From contig NC_068982.1 in NCBI RefSeq assembly GCF_001194135.2, positions 174,479,545 through 174,542,505 on the forward strand: DNA of 62,961 nt. Reading direction: 5' to 3'. Source of the stretch: Octopus bimaculoides. Lineage: Eukaryota. Numbering within the stretch: the stretch's first letter is position 1; each line of letters opens with the position of its first letter. Below, in pieces: positions 36,370-49,430 of this stretch. The notes under the pieces were generated by a model. It did not search any database. It had not been told where the DNA came from and worked only from the letters and a program-made list of their open reading frames with translations. The translations under genes were made by a program, and so were the position numbers.

Positions 36370-36819
36370 TATCATATTATATTATATTATATTATATTAT
36401 ATTATACTATACTAATATTATATTATATTTTATTATATTATATTAGATTAGATTATATTATATTATATTATATTCACGAACACATATTCGGATATATGTA
36501 TATGTGTTTGCGTGTGCATGTACTAACACAGATTTGAAAAAAAAAAATGAGGATGATTTTTATTTTATTTTATTTTTTTATTTTTTTAGCGAACAAGAAA
36601 ACAAAGGGAAAATGCTGAGCTAGGTGGGAGTAAAATTGGAGTAACGGAAGCAATTGTTATAACTGTGAAGTTAACAAAGACAAAACACAGCTCATTGAAC
36701 TAAATAAATACTAAATCTTTCGTTTCTCGATTGTTTTTTGTTGGTTTGGAGACGTATAGACTGTTGAGCTACGGTGATTAACATATTGCGTGTGGATATG
36801 GCAACATAATTCCCTTCTT

Positions 36820-36873
<54 letters not shown>

Positions 36874-37557
36874 TCTCTCTCTCTCTCTTTCTCTCTATCT
36901 TCTTCTTGCTTCTTCTTCCCTCTCCTTCAAATTTAAAATGTTGTATATAACTGTTTATACACAATGATGGGAATAACTTTTAATTCCATTCTTTCGTAAA
37001 GATTTCTTTCTCATATAGACAGCATCTAATTCATATATATTTGTAGGGTGGCATGTGTGCATGTGTGTGTGTGTGCGCGTGTGCGTGTGTGTGTGTGTAT
37101 GTGTGTGTGTGTGTGTGTATGTGTGTGTATGTGTGTGAGTGAGTATTGTGTTGGATTCGCTTTACTTCTTTCCATTTCTCATCACCCATTGACACTGTTT
37201 AGCATAATAATATAAATAGATAATTGTTTTCAGTGAAAGTCTCATCCGAAATTCAATGTAAAATATTTGATTCTTATTCTTTCTGAAGAGATAAAAGGCA
37301 AAGCATCTTTAAAGGATTATGTTTCGAGCCATTAATGCTACACAAATGCACACATAAATATATTCATACTTCTTTACATACGTTTATGCATACAAATTAC
37401 GTTCATTCATACATAAACATGGACGCTTATACACATACACACTTATATTCATACGTATAAAAAACATCGATGCATTTATAAATACGCATATACAAATACA
37501 CGCAAACACAAACACAGACACACACACATACACATACGTATATGTGTACTCGCATAC

Positions 37558-37599
<42 letters not shown>

Positions 37600-38489
37600 A
37601 GATATTCACACGGTCATACACTACTACTAGCAAGTAATACACTCATACACATACGTATATTTGTACATACACACTCTTATATTAACACATATAAACATAT
37701 GTATGAATACATATATGTATATATACGTGTGTGTGTGTGTGTGTAGTGTACTTGAGTGCATGTGTGTGTGTGCGTATATGTTTCTCGTTGGTACTTCAAG
37801 TTATCTCGTGCACTCTATCAAGTACTTTAAATTAACAAACTAGCGAAAACCAAATATTACAATGGCTTCTTTGTTGATAAATATTTTGGAGACATTACGA
37901 AATAATGCTGAACAATCAAGCGAAAATACTTTAGGCGACATTTTGCTCTGAAAAGCAACCGATTTTCATACAAGCAGATGCCATTAAACAAAAGACAACT
38001 TCCAATTGATGTCCAGGGAGAGAAAATAAAAAGCAAAATAAGAAAACAAAAAAAAAATGAACGAAAACTGGAAAGAAATACAAATTAAAATAAGAAAACA
38101 TAAAAAAATGAAAGAAAACTGGAAAGAAAAAAAAAATTAAAATAAAAATAAAGCCAAGAAATATTCCGTCAGAATTGTAAATGAGAAAGCTACTTAAATT
38201 GGAATTAATATGTAGGGCAGCACAAAGGTCCGTAAACATTTAGGGTCACACATCAATGAGATCAAAGAAATTTTTTAAAAAAAGGGAAAAGAAAAGAAAT
38301 AAGAAAAAAGAAAACAAAACAAGAAAATATAATTGCGATTAATTTATCCATTTAATCCCTTCTCTGTACATTTCCAAGAGTTTTTGATATAAAAAGGGGG
38401 GGAAAAATTCAAAACGATAACGATTTCTGCACTGATGTTTAAGTTGACTCTTTTGTTGTCTTGGTTATGCTGTTCTTATTTATTTCTGG

Positions 38490-38500
38490 ACGATGATGAC

Positions 38501-38542
<42 letters not shown>

Positions 38543-38650
38543 AACGACGACGATGATGACGTCGACCACGACTACTGCGGAGGTGATGGCGGCAGTGGCG
38601 GATGGCTGACGACGACGATGACGACGGTGACGATGAAGACGATGATTACG
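38490..38650. repeat. (GAT)n/(GAC)n compound microsatellite
   Basis: Directly visible; explains the poly-D ORF 38435-38665. Confidence 0.9.
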
Positions 38651-38677
38651 ATATTGTTTCTCTGATTTTATAATTTC

Positions 38678-39108
38678 TTATCTTTTATCTTTTGCTTGTA
38701 TTAGTCATTGATCTGCAGCCATACTAAGGCACTGCCTTGAAGGGTTTAATCAAGCAAATTGAACCCCCAGCAGTTATATTTGTCTACGGGGTTGTAAACA
38801 AGCACAAACACACACACACACATATATGTGTATGTGTATATATACATNNNNNNNNNNNNNNNNNNNNNNNNNNNNNNNNNNNNNNNNNNNNNNNNNNNNN
38901 NNNNNNNNNNNNNNNNNNNNNNNNNNNNNNNNNNNNNNNNNNNNNTGTGTGTGTGTATGTATATATGCGATGACCTTCTATGCAGTTTCCGTCTTCCAAA
39001 TCCATTCGTAAGGCATTAGTCGAACCGCGACTATAGTTTAAGACGTTTAAGGTACAGCGCAGTGGGATTGAACCTTAAACACGTGTTTGAAAAGCGAGCT
39101 TCTTAACT
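38678..39108 (-). mobile_element. SINE family B, degraded, with internal gap
   Basis: tcttttatcttttgcttgtattagtcattga…gcactgcc…gtctacggggttgtaaac…cagtttccgtcttccaaatccattcgtaaggc…cagcgcagtgggattgaacc. Confidence 0.75.
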
Positions 39109-40002
39109 GGCGCCGTTTTTTTCTTTTTGTTTTCTTATTTGCTATTTTTGTTTTTATGTAGGGCTATTTCATTTGTGGGCCTTGGGTAAATTACTTGAAC
39201 CAAAAATTGTCTAACAAACTGAAGGCATTCCAAAAGCGAAGACAATGAAGAAAACATCAACAATATTGAAAATTAAAAACTTATATACTCAGGGGCAGAC
39301 CCAAGGGGTCGGGGTGCTCAGGGGCACGTGCCCCTCTCCCCACCCCAACCCTACCCCAAGAAAAGAAGCGCGCCCTACAAATAATGTTATTACGCTCTTT
39401 TCTCCTGGAATTGTACACCCTTCTAACTTTGCGCCCTCCCTTCGAAAAATTCTGAAACCGTGCCTAATATTATTAATTTTTTTTTATACGTGGGTAGAGA
39501 ACAATATTATAGTATGCTCATGCCTTGATGTATTACCGGTATTTATTTTATTTACTTATTTTTCTTCTTGATGTTCTGATTAAACAAAAGATTGAATCGT
39601 CTGCTGCAAGTTTTGACCTCAGAAATGAGAAGAGACACAAAACTAAATTTCTTAAGAGTAAACAGTTCCGGAGTTCTGCTGTCTTCGTTATTGATGTTGC
39701 TGTCTGGCTCCAGATCAATCTAAATCGTGCAAACCTCTGATCACGTACGTTCCAGTTGTCCTCATTCCATCTTTTATTCAGCCAGTATTCAGACAGAAAG
39801 TTCGTTTATTCAAGAAGCTTAAACTGATAATACAGTATCTCAGAACAAACATGTCACAAGGTTGTCTGGTGGACTCACTTTTGAATCAAAACTCGATCGA
39901 GATATTGATTTTTAGATGTACGTAAAACTCTGCACTCAAGTGAGCGTGTAAAGTACTTCTGCAAAAAAAGAAATGAAAACTCATTCATTCTACGATTTAT
40001 GG

Positions 40003-40266
40003 TAATGGTTCTCAACCGAGGTTCACATGACTATTGGGGGCCCATATAAGATTTTGTTGTTAAAAATTATGTGCAATAAACTGATTGTACTTCTACAATA
40101 CGCAAAATATTTTAATAATTGTTGTATACAATTCCCAATAATATTTAATTCTAAAAATATAATTGGATTTTTTTAAAGCATTGAATGGCTATGGAGGTTC
40201 ACTAGAGTAGAACAGGAATCAAAGGTAGTCCATAGGTAAAGAATGGTAAAGAATGGTTGATCTATA
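40003..40266. mobile_element. Degenerate hAT-like MITE
   Basis: Left end (t)aatggttctcaacc resembles CAGTGGTTCTCAACC hAT TIRs; right end aaagaatggttga is truncated. Confidence 0.45.
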
Positions 40267-41724
40267 GTAACAAATAATTAAAATTTTGCCAATTTTAGTT
40301 TTAACAACTAATGGTTAAAGACCCCTGCGTATAAATATTTCACTCTGTGACTCTGACCTCCAACACACTAAATGAAGGCTTCGGTTACGAACAAAAGACC
40401 CACCAATTGTTTGGGAATTATTCCATTCAAAGATATTTTTCTGTCACAAATCATTGGTGTTAGCGAAGATTAACAAATGATTCTATTACGATAAACGAAA
40501 TCAGATATGTAGTTTAACTAAATTAAGATTATTTGTATGAGTAATAGCTCAGACTTTGAACTAAAATACTAGTTTCCTCAGTGTACAAAATAATTTATTA
40601 GTCAGCCGAAGAAATTCGTTAATATTATTTTTGTTAATATGTTGAATACTGGGCCGATTATATTACATTACAATATAGTCTGCTGAATCGACTGTAGTTT
40701 ATTAGAAATGCTTGCTTAATACCTGCTCCCTACCAAATGCGCTGGCATTGCGACATAGTTAGGAGGTTCGCTTCTCCATAACGTGACTCCAGGTTCGATG
40801 CTACTGCGCAGCACCTTGAGCAAGTATATTCTATCGTAGCCTCGGAAGCTGCTGTACCTGTAAATAAAATCTGGTCGATAGTATACTGAATGAAAGTTGC
40901 CGTGTATACACGCACACTCACATACATGCATACACATGCATACATATATTTTTTTATGGGTATATGGGTGTGTTTTTCTGTGGGGGTGGGGGGTGTCTGT
41001 TTTTGTGTGTCTGTCATCAATATACATCGATGAAGGATACAAACATCGGTAACAAAACTGAAACAATAGTATTTTACAAACGAAATCTCTTCGTTTATTT
41101 GTTCTGCATTTAATTAAACACTCTCTTGTCACTCTTTTCACCGTTGGAAATACAGTGAATCAAATGAATGGCCTTTTGGAAACTTGAACTAAAGTCGCTG
41201 TTGTTCACAATTCATTATATCAAATTTAATAAAAATACAAATCGTGACAGGATTTGAACTTAGTGCACTACAGTACCGAACTAAATAAACTACCCAAACC
41301 ACCCGATTCGGCAGTCTACTTAGCAATCTCTGCTTGGTATTAGCGAATTCTTTCAGCAGAGCAGAAGAAAACGATCAATTGTAAAGTGGGAGTTTAAAGT
41401 CTGAAGACTAATCAACATTACTATGTTACTGATACTTATTTTATCGATATATCGATCTGTCTGTCAAGTATCAATCGAATGTTTCATTGTCCTGACTGTC
41501 CAAGCGAATTTTAAAATTTAGTAACTGAGAGCTCGGTTAGTAATCATATGAGGTTAAAAGTGCTTATAGAATACAGATGCTATTCCGTCTCAAGTTGTGT
41601 GCGTAATAAAAGACATGTAGTTAGTGAACTGAAGTAATTTTGAACCAAATTACTCTATCACCGGTCTAACAAATTTACTTATCAACCATTGATATTAAGC
41701 TTGATTTCTAGCCACACACACACG

Positions 41725-41768
<44 letters not shown>

Positions 41769-42070
41769 CGCACGCACGCACGCGCGCTAGGTGAATCCAC
41801 TCAAACGATACAGATGCTCTTGAGGTTAGAGGTTATGGTAGAGCAGTAAGGGAATTAATTTAACAGCGTTGTAAAGCTTTCGCCAATATTATGCTGGGTT
41901 GTTAATCACGTGAGGTGAAGGCGTTTAGATAAGACAGGTGCCCTTTTGAGTCAGCGAACTGCAAATTACTACCAACAATGAAGAGAGTGATCAGCGACAC
42001 AGCTGCCATTAACATACCAAATTAATTAATTCATGACTCTTCAGTCGGAAAGAGGCAGGAATGGGGTAGA

Positions 42071-42106
<36 letters not shown>

Positions 42107-42565
42107 CTGTCCTGGTTCAATGATGTTTAAACACATGTGGGAGTAGAAATGCTCTTAAACTATTAACTCTTTCACAGAGCAGCACTTCTTAAGTGATACA
42201 ATTCGTGTTCATCTCACTGATTCTTGGAGCCGAGTATTTAATTCCTTAATTGAGCACTTTTCAGCGAAATTTGGTTCGTGGTTTAGCAAAAGATCACACC
42301 ACCGAATTTTGGTGTAGTAGAAGTATGAACGAAATGAAGCGATTGCAATGATACGTGCATCTAAGTAGGTTTGTATGAAACCAACATAAAAATTACATGG
42401 AGTGCGTATGTGTGTGTGTATGTATATTTCTGTGTGTGTGTGTGTGTGTGTGTGTATTTCACTCTCTCCCTCCCTCACTCTTTATTATGCTTACATATTT
42501 CTATCTATATATATGTATCTCACCCTCTCTCTTTCTCTTTCTCTTTCTCTCTCTCTCTGTCTCTT

Positions 42566-42618
<53 letters not shown>

Positions 42619-42778
42619 ATATATATATATATTTATATATATTTCTCTCACTCTCTGAATCGCTCTCCGTTTCTATGTTATGTGCATGCATGTGTGTTCG
42701 TATGTGTGTATGTACGTGCGTGTGTGTGTGTGAAAGAGGGAGAGAAAAGGAGAGAGGGAGTGGAGAGAAGAAGAAAAG

Positions 42779-42814
<36 letters not shown>

Positions 42815-43240
42815 AAGAGAGAGGGAGGGAGAGAGAGAAAAGAAATCTACGTCTCCCTTAATATGAGTACTTCACGGCTTCATGTTTTCACTATGGCTGG
42901 AAACAACTGTTCATCTCCATTTTTATTCTTTATGCAATATTAACATATATTCATTCATTCTTTTAAAGGTTGTAGGATTTTGACTGTGCTCATGCTGCAG
43001 CATCACTTTCATGTATTTCAGTTGATTACAGCAAACTTATTTGAGTACGGTAGTTAATTTATCAATGTATCACATTGATTAGTTATCTATAAACAATAAA
43101 TTGACGCACCATTTTACACCGGTATGTACATGTATATGTATGCATGCCGGTGTAAAATAGTGTGTGGAATTGTGTCTATTTATTGTGATAGATAATTAAT
43201 ACATGTGCGCGTGTTTGTATGTGCATGTTTGTGTGTGTGT

Positions 43241-43283
<43 letters not shown>

Positions 43284-43734
43284 TGTGTGTGTGTCTGTGT
43301 GTGTCTGTCTATGTTTGTATGTTTGTCTGCGCATGTATGTATGTATGTATGTATGTATTCGTGCCTGTATGAATGTATACATTATATGTATATGTACTTT
43401 AATATGTGTTACATATAGGGTTTTGTTGTACTGCGCAACATCTTGAGCAAGTGCCTCTCACTATAGCTCAGGTTGACTAATGTATTGTGAGTGAATACGG
43501 TAGGTGAAAACTATGCTGAAGGTCCTGTATTGATACATATATGTGTATGTACGGCAGAAGACTCAATAGAAAACGTATCAGTTTCAAAATAAGTGCCTGC
43601 GATTTGGTCGGTTAAATCTTTCAAGATAGTGCCCCAGCCTGTTTCATTTTCCCTTCTTGCCAGCGAAATATAACAGCTACTTGTAAGTTTTGCTTTTCAC
43701 ACTTTGTTTTAAGCACATCTGTAAGTCCATCCTC

Positions 43735-44035
43735 TTTTAACCCTTCCAAATATCGAAAATATTCCATCAACATTGTCCAAATGATGCCGGAATCAAGTTC
43801 ACAAGTTACCCAAGGTTTGCTTCTAGAGCCATTCGTCTCCTACAAAACTCGAGCTCACATCACAGTTTTCTTTTTCTTACTTCAACTGGTTCTGCTTTTT
43901 TCAACATTATTCCGAAAGAAATGAAAAAAGAAAAAGACCCCATAACATTCAAACGGTGCCTGGACAAATTCCTTTAAAAAAATACCATACGAATCACCCA
44001 GGTACGTTTCAGCAAACAAAAACTCCCAACTTGGG
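43735..44035 (+). mobile_element. CR1/L2-like LINE 3' fragment
   Basis: Frameshifted …FFFTSTGSAFFNIIPKEM…KEKDPITFKRCLDKFL*KIP…PRYVSANKNS resembles the C-terminus 'GP.LFN.LP…FK..LDKFL..IPD.P' of invertebrate CR1-type ORF2. Confidence 0.7.
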
Positions 44036-44388
44036 TAGGTTATGATGTCTTAAAACAGGTGTAACTATTAAGTTATATGTGGACTAAGCTAACGATGGCC
44101 AAAACTTACCTATGTTAAATAAATAGTGAAATAGACGGAGTTACTTACCTTTTTCCTCGTTTTTTTTTTTTATTATTATATACATTTTAACATTTATAGT
44201 AAGGAGTGAAATAACTTCTAAAAATGTATGGGATTTTATAACTATAAAATAGGAAAATAGTTCTCGCAAATCATACTTTTTTTTGTTTAATATTGGTTCT
44301 CGAAAGAGTAGTTCCTCCATTGGCCAAAGATAATAATCAAATCTTCCTAACCAAATACAGTAATCCCTCGACTATCGCGAACCAAATA

Positions 44389-44633
44389 CAGTAATCCCTC
44401 GACTATCGCGGGTGTTACGTTCCAAAAAACCTGCGATAGGTGAAAATCCGCGAAGTAGAAACAGTACTGTGCTGTATATTTTTTATTATTATTTTTATAA
44501 TTTGTATATATTTATTTTATTATAAATGGCAAAACCACGGAGGAATTATAAATGGCAAACACCACGGAGGAATCAACTTAAGCTTAAATAATTAACTGCG
44601 ATAGGTGAACCGCGATATGGCGTGAGATTAATG
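44389..44633. mobile_element. Tigger-type MITE with TA TSD
   Basis: ta|CAGTAATCCCTCGACTATCGCGG … CCGCGATATGGCGTGAGATTAATG|ta; repeated ctgcgataggtgaa subterminal motifs. Confidence 0.8.
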
Positions 44634-44634
44634 T

Positions 44635-44825
44635 AGTTTCAAATATTGGCCAAAGGCAACAGTTTTAGGGGAGGAGAAGAGTCGATTAAATTGGCCCCAG
44701 TACTTAAAGGGATGAAAAACAAAGTCGACCTCGGAGGAATTTAAGCTCAGAACATAATGAGCCGGAAGAGATGCTACTAAGCATTTTGATCAACGCTTTA
44801 ACAGTTGGGCCAGCTCGCCGCCTTT
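44635..44825 (-). mobile_element. SINE family A
   Basis: tttcaaatattggccaaagg…ggatgaaaaacaaagtcgacctcggaggaattt…gccagctcgccgcc. Confidence 0.8.
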
Positions 44826-45399
44826 CCCTGATCACGTGGTAAAAATCACTTACTTCTCACCCACCTCTTTTTGTATTAGAAAGGCGATGCTGGAATAAAA
44901 TATTTTCCTTTCAGTTTCGATGATAACAATAATAATTCTACTCCAACAATAAAACTGAGGCAAACGAAAACACTATTGATATAACAACTACAATAAAGAA
45001 AATAATGTTCATGTAAAGATATAACAATTCGTAGTCAATGCAGACCGGCTTTAGACTCATATGTGTAGTTTTATCATAAACCAAAATACTTTTATATTAT
45101 GGAGAAGTAAATCCATTTGAAAACCACTTTTTACGAAAATGGAACTGCTACGTTGTACGCTTATAAAAGATATTCTTCACTGTTTGGTATTTTTAAAAAG
45201 CCAATTAGGTGTTATAAAATGTTTAAAAAGAGAAGTATGTGGATTTTTCCAGTTTGGAAGGTGTCGGGTTTCAGAATTTCAAGTAAAGGATTATCAACCA
45301 TACCAATTTATTGAGTTATATTTATCAATTGGCTACATTTGCTTCGGCTTAAAGAGAGGTAAATAACTTTTGTTCGAAGTACCCTTTTTATTGACTATC

Positions 45400-45760
45400 C
45401 TTTCGTTGATCCCACCAATGATAACCCATAACCATTGGTCGGATTTTGTACCCCAAAAAGACTCTACTCTGAAACTGAGACGCTTCCTGTTACTTGTATG
45501 ATTCGGGAGTACCATATTGCGTGATTTTCCGAGTTCGATTTCGCTTACCATGTTCTCTTCACTGAAGATCCGGCTGGGTCGACGGCTTATGTTGATCGAC
45601 CACATGCTACATGGTTATAGCAGATGAGGAGGTATCTCGCGGAGATGGGGACTGACTTGGACTCTGCTCGACGGATCACCTGGGGGGACCCAGGAATATA
45701 CCGACAATACAACAATGCTCTGAAATGGCACATGCCCCCATACCAGACCTCATCTTTCAT
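45400..45760 (+). mobile_element. RTE-clade LINE 3' fragment
   Basis: ETETLPVTCMIRE…FAYHVLFTEDPAGS…RPHATWL*QMRRYLAEMG…SARRITWGDP; RTE-like C-terminal pattern. Confidence 0.65.
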
Positions 45761-45959
45761 TGATGGTGGTGGTAGCTGATCTTCCCATCAAGCCAAGGAA
45801 AATACATTCCCTTNNNNNNNNNNNNNTTTTTTTTTTTTTTTTCCTGCTGACACTTCTAACAGAAGTGTCACCGTTTTCCGGTGGAGGGGCCGGATTTGAA
45901 TTCAGAATTCGCTAAGCCAGAACAGTGATGCAAGACAGCTCGTCCGACGCTTTAGCAAT

Positions 45960-46310
45960 CCCAACAATCTATAAACTGATATTGTTCTATGGGGAAAGGG
46001 AACAAAAGTCATGCGCTGTTGTAGAGGCAGCTACTTAAGAGACGTAAATGTCCAATCAGAGGTCCAGGAAAAAGAGAACATTTCTGGCGAATTAATGCGG
46101 AACTGACAGCTCTTGTTCACAGACTATGAATTTTCATTTGTGCCTATCATCATAGGTGCATTAGGTTATGTACCAACAAATTTGCACAAAAACCTAGAAA
46201 TACTTGATTTTACGGTAAAAGAGCAAAAGAAACTGACTCGAATTCTCCAAATCCAATCTATTAGTAGCACAGTGAAGATTTGTAAGACATTCCAAAAATT
46301 CTTCGTCTGA
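45960..46310 (+). mobile_element. RLE-bearing non-LTR retrotransposon 3' fragment (CRE/NeSL/HERO-like; distinct from the R4/Dong copies)
   Basis: K(T/P)DIVLW…AVVE…EKENI.GELMRN*QLLFTDYEFSFVPIIIGALGYVPTNLHKNLE…LQIQSISSTVKICKTFQKF. Confidence 0.75.
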
Positions 46311-46512
46311 GATTCTTATGTGAATAGATGCACACACTTATGTATGTGCATAGGCAGTTCAACCAACACACCAACTCAACCACATGTTTACAAATACCGG
46401 GAGCTCTCTTAACTCAAAAAGTCTTATCGACTGGGTTGAACTCTCCCATACATACATACAAACATACGTACATACATACATACATACATACATTTATGTC
46501 TAGATAGATGGG

Positions 46513-46544
<32 letters not shown>

Positions 46545-46561
46545 TAGACAGACCGACAGAC

Positions 46562-46634
<73 letters not shown>

Positions 46635-46651
46635 GGTAGGTAGGTAGGTAG

Positions 46652-46682
<31 letters not shown>

Positions 46683-47064
46683 GATAAACAGGTAGTCTTT
46701 TTGCAACACATATGTTGAAGCCTGTCCTTTATTTGACTTTGTATTTGAAGTACGCCATTTAAGACAGAAAAAGGGGGTTACATATGGCAAACTATGTCTC
46801 ATTGCTCTGTGTAAAAGGAATCGGGTAAGTCAATAAAAAGAAAGTTAACTAACTTGAAATTCCATTGAAACTGAACAGTGAGCCCCTCTCCATGTCTTAA
46901 AGATACATCTTCACTTTCCTACTCGGGCGTTAAACAGCCTTCTTGCACGCCTCATTTCATTTATGCCTTTTAATGTTCGCTCATAGTATAATAGTATGTA
47001 TTGGCACTTCATGTTATACTGGCAGAAATGCTTTAAAACTTGCACACACACACACGCACGCACG

Positions 47065-47095
<31 letters not shown>

Positions 47096-48194
47096 ACACN
47101 NNNNNNNNNNNNNNNNNNNNNNNNNNNNNNNNNNNNNNNNNNNNNNNNNNNNNNNNNNNNNNNNNNNNNNNNNNNNNNNNNNNNNNNNNNNNNNNNNNNN
47201 NNNNNNNNNNNNNNNNNNNNNNNNNNNNNNNNNNNNNNNNNNNNNNNNNNNNNNNNNNNNNNNNNNNNNNNNNNNNNNNNNNNNNNNNNNNNNNNNNNNN
47301 NNNNNNNNNNNNNNNNNNNNNNNNNNNNNNNNNNNNNNNNNNNNNNNNNNNNNNNNNNNNNNNNNNNNNNNNNNNNNNNNNNNNNNNNNNNNNNNNNNNN
47401 NNNNNNNNNNNNNNNNNNNNNNNNNNNNNNNNNNNNNNNNNNNNNNNNNNNNNNNNNNNNNNNNNNNNNNNNNNNNNNNNNNNNNNNNNNNNNNNNNNNN
47501 NNNNNNNNNNNNNNNNNNNNNNNNNNNNNNNNNNNNNNNNNNNNNNNNNNNNNNNNNNNNNNNNNNNNNNNNNNNNNNNNNNNNNNNNNNNNNNNNNNNN
47601 NNNNNNNNNNNNNNNNNNNNNNNNNNNNNNNNNNNNNNNNNNNNNNNNNNNNNNNNNNNNNNNNNNNNNNNNNNNNNNNNNNNNNNNNNNNNNNNNNNNN
47701 NNNNNNNNNNNNNNNNNNNNNNNNNNNNNNNNNNNNNNNNNNNNNNNNNNNNNNNNNNNNNNNNNNNNNNNNNNNNNNNNNNNNNNNNNNNNNNNNNNNN
47801 NNNNNNNNNNNNNNNNNNNNNNNNNNNNNNNNNNNNNNNNNNNNNNNNNNNNNNNNNNNNNNNNNNNNNNNNNNNNNNNNNNNNNNNNNNNNNNNNNNNN
47901 NNNNNNNNNNNNNNNNNNNNNNNNNNNNNNNNNNNNNNNNNNNNNNNNNNNNNNNNNNNAACTAGTCAAGACAAAAACAAAATCAAAATCAAAATGGTAA
48001 AAACAGAACGTTTCGTTGTTCATTTATATGAATCGGATGTTTTTTTTTCTTTTGCTTTGTTTAGAAGAGAAGAATATTGCTTTTGTTTTTGTTTTTTGTT
48101 TGTTTTTGAAAAAGGTAGAGAGAGATAAAGAAAAGAAGCAAAGGGTGGGGGAAAATAGAAGTCCGAAATACAGAGAGCTATAAATGAGCAGAGG

Positions 48195-48969
48195 AACCAA
48201 TACATAAAAAAACTGAAACCTACTGACCTCAAACTGAGACCAATAGTTGCTGGACCTCAAATACTAACACGACAACTGAGTCATTTTTTGTCATACTCCT
48301 AAAACCTTTATGCCCATTAATACCCAACTATATACGGGACGGCATAGATTTCCTCCAGTACATTCCACCCACTCTCTCAGAAGGTACTATACTTACAAGC
48401 ATTGATGTCACCAATCTTTATACCAATATACCTTACACTTTAGGCCTGGAAGTAGTCAAACACTGAGTAGAGAAACATAGGGGACGGATAAATGAACGCT
48501 TCAAAACTGGCATCATCATCAAGGCCACACGCCTGATACCAGAAGAAAACATCTTTAGATTCGATAATAAACATATCGACAGATAAAGGGTACGGCTATG
48601 GAGACGTCGTTTGCACCCTCATATACTAACTTAGTCATGGGATACTTGGAAGAAAAACTCCATGAGGAAGTAGAGAGAGCCTTTAAACAAGATTACAAGA
48701 AATACATCACTAAAAAGTGGAAACGCTTCCTCGAAGACTGCTTCATCTTTTGGGAAAAATCAAATGAGGACCTAAAAATATTTAATAATATACTCAGCAC
48801 ACTTCACCCATCCATCAAATTCACGACAGAATCCAGTTGCAATGAATTACCATTCCTGAATATTCACTTAAATATACACAACTCCACAGTCACAACAGAT
48901 ATATTTTACAAAAACACGGACATGCACCAATATTTGAATTTCTACTCTTGCCATCCCTCACACATCGAA
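48195..48969 (+). mobile_element. Penelope-like element reverse transcriptase relic
   Basis: LKLRPIVAGP…LLKPL…YIRDGIDFL…TSIDVTNLYTNIP…YRQIKGTAMETSFAPSYTNLVMGYLEE…WKRFLEDCF…LHPSIKFT…LPFLNI…DIFYKNTDMHQYLNFYSCHPSHI; two frameshifts, one stop, YIDD decayed to FLED; truncated by a gap. Confidence 0.92.
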
Positions 48970-49069
48970 NNNNNNNNNNNNNNNNNNNNNNNNNNNNNNN
49001 NNNNNNNNNNNNNNNNNNNNNNNNNNNNNNNNNNNNNNNNNNNNNNNNNNNNNNNNNNNNNNNNNNNNN

Positions 49070-49430
49070 TTTTTTTAGGTGAGGTTCCATGACAATGGAG
49101 ATATATGGATAGATAGAAGTATAGGTAGGTATATAATGTGATAGATAGAAAGAGAGGGGGAAGAGAGAGAGAGTGGGGAAGAGAGAGAAAGGGGATCCTT
49201 CTTCCTATTCATCATTCATTTGAAGAGGTCACCCATTCCAATACAATGGTAAATGACTAAATAAATAAATAAATTATGAATAGGAAGTAGGATCCCCTTC
49301 TCTCTCTCTCCTTCTCTCTACCTATCTATCTATCTTCTCACTATCTATCAATCTATTTATCTATCTATCAGCTTATTTACTTACCTGTATTTCTATCTAT
49401 TTCCATTGTCATGGAACCTCACCCAAAAAA
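49070..49430. repeat. Foldback element with mirrored microsatellite arms
   Basis: Outer 29-bp IR ttttttaggtgaggttccatgacaatgga / tccattgtcatggaacctcacccaaaaaa (1 mismatch); inner IR aggggatccttcttcctattcat / atgaataggaagtaggatcccct; GATA/GA vs TATC/TC tracts between them. Confidence 0.88.

Noticed and set aside
41800-42060. Cluster of E-box, AP-1 and homeobox-like motifs
   Set aside because: Short motifs at chance frequency; cannot be called an enhancer without conservation or chromatin data.
45848-45883. Two adjacent small hairpins (TGACACTTCT-AAC-AGAAGTGTCA; CACCG-TTTTC-CGGTG)
   Set aside because: Short palindromes are expected occasionally; no RNA family motif, and bacterial-style terminators are irrelevant in this eukaryotic context.
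1041-48128. Long ORFs (200-400 aa) in the ORF track
   Set aside because: They consist of X (N gaps) and dinucleotide translations (YIYI, HTHT, CVCV); not genes.
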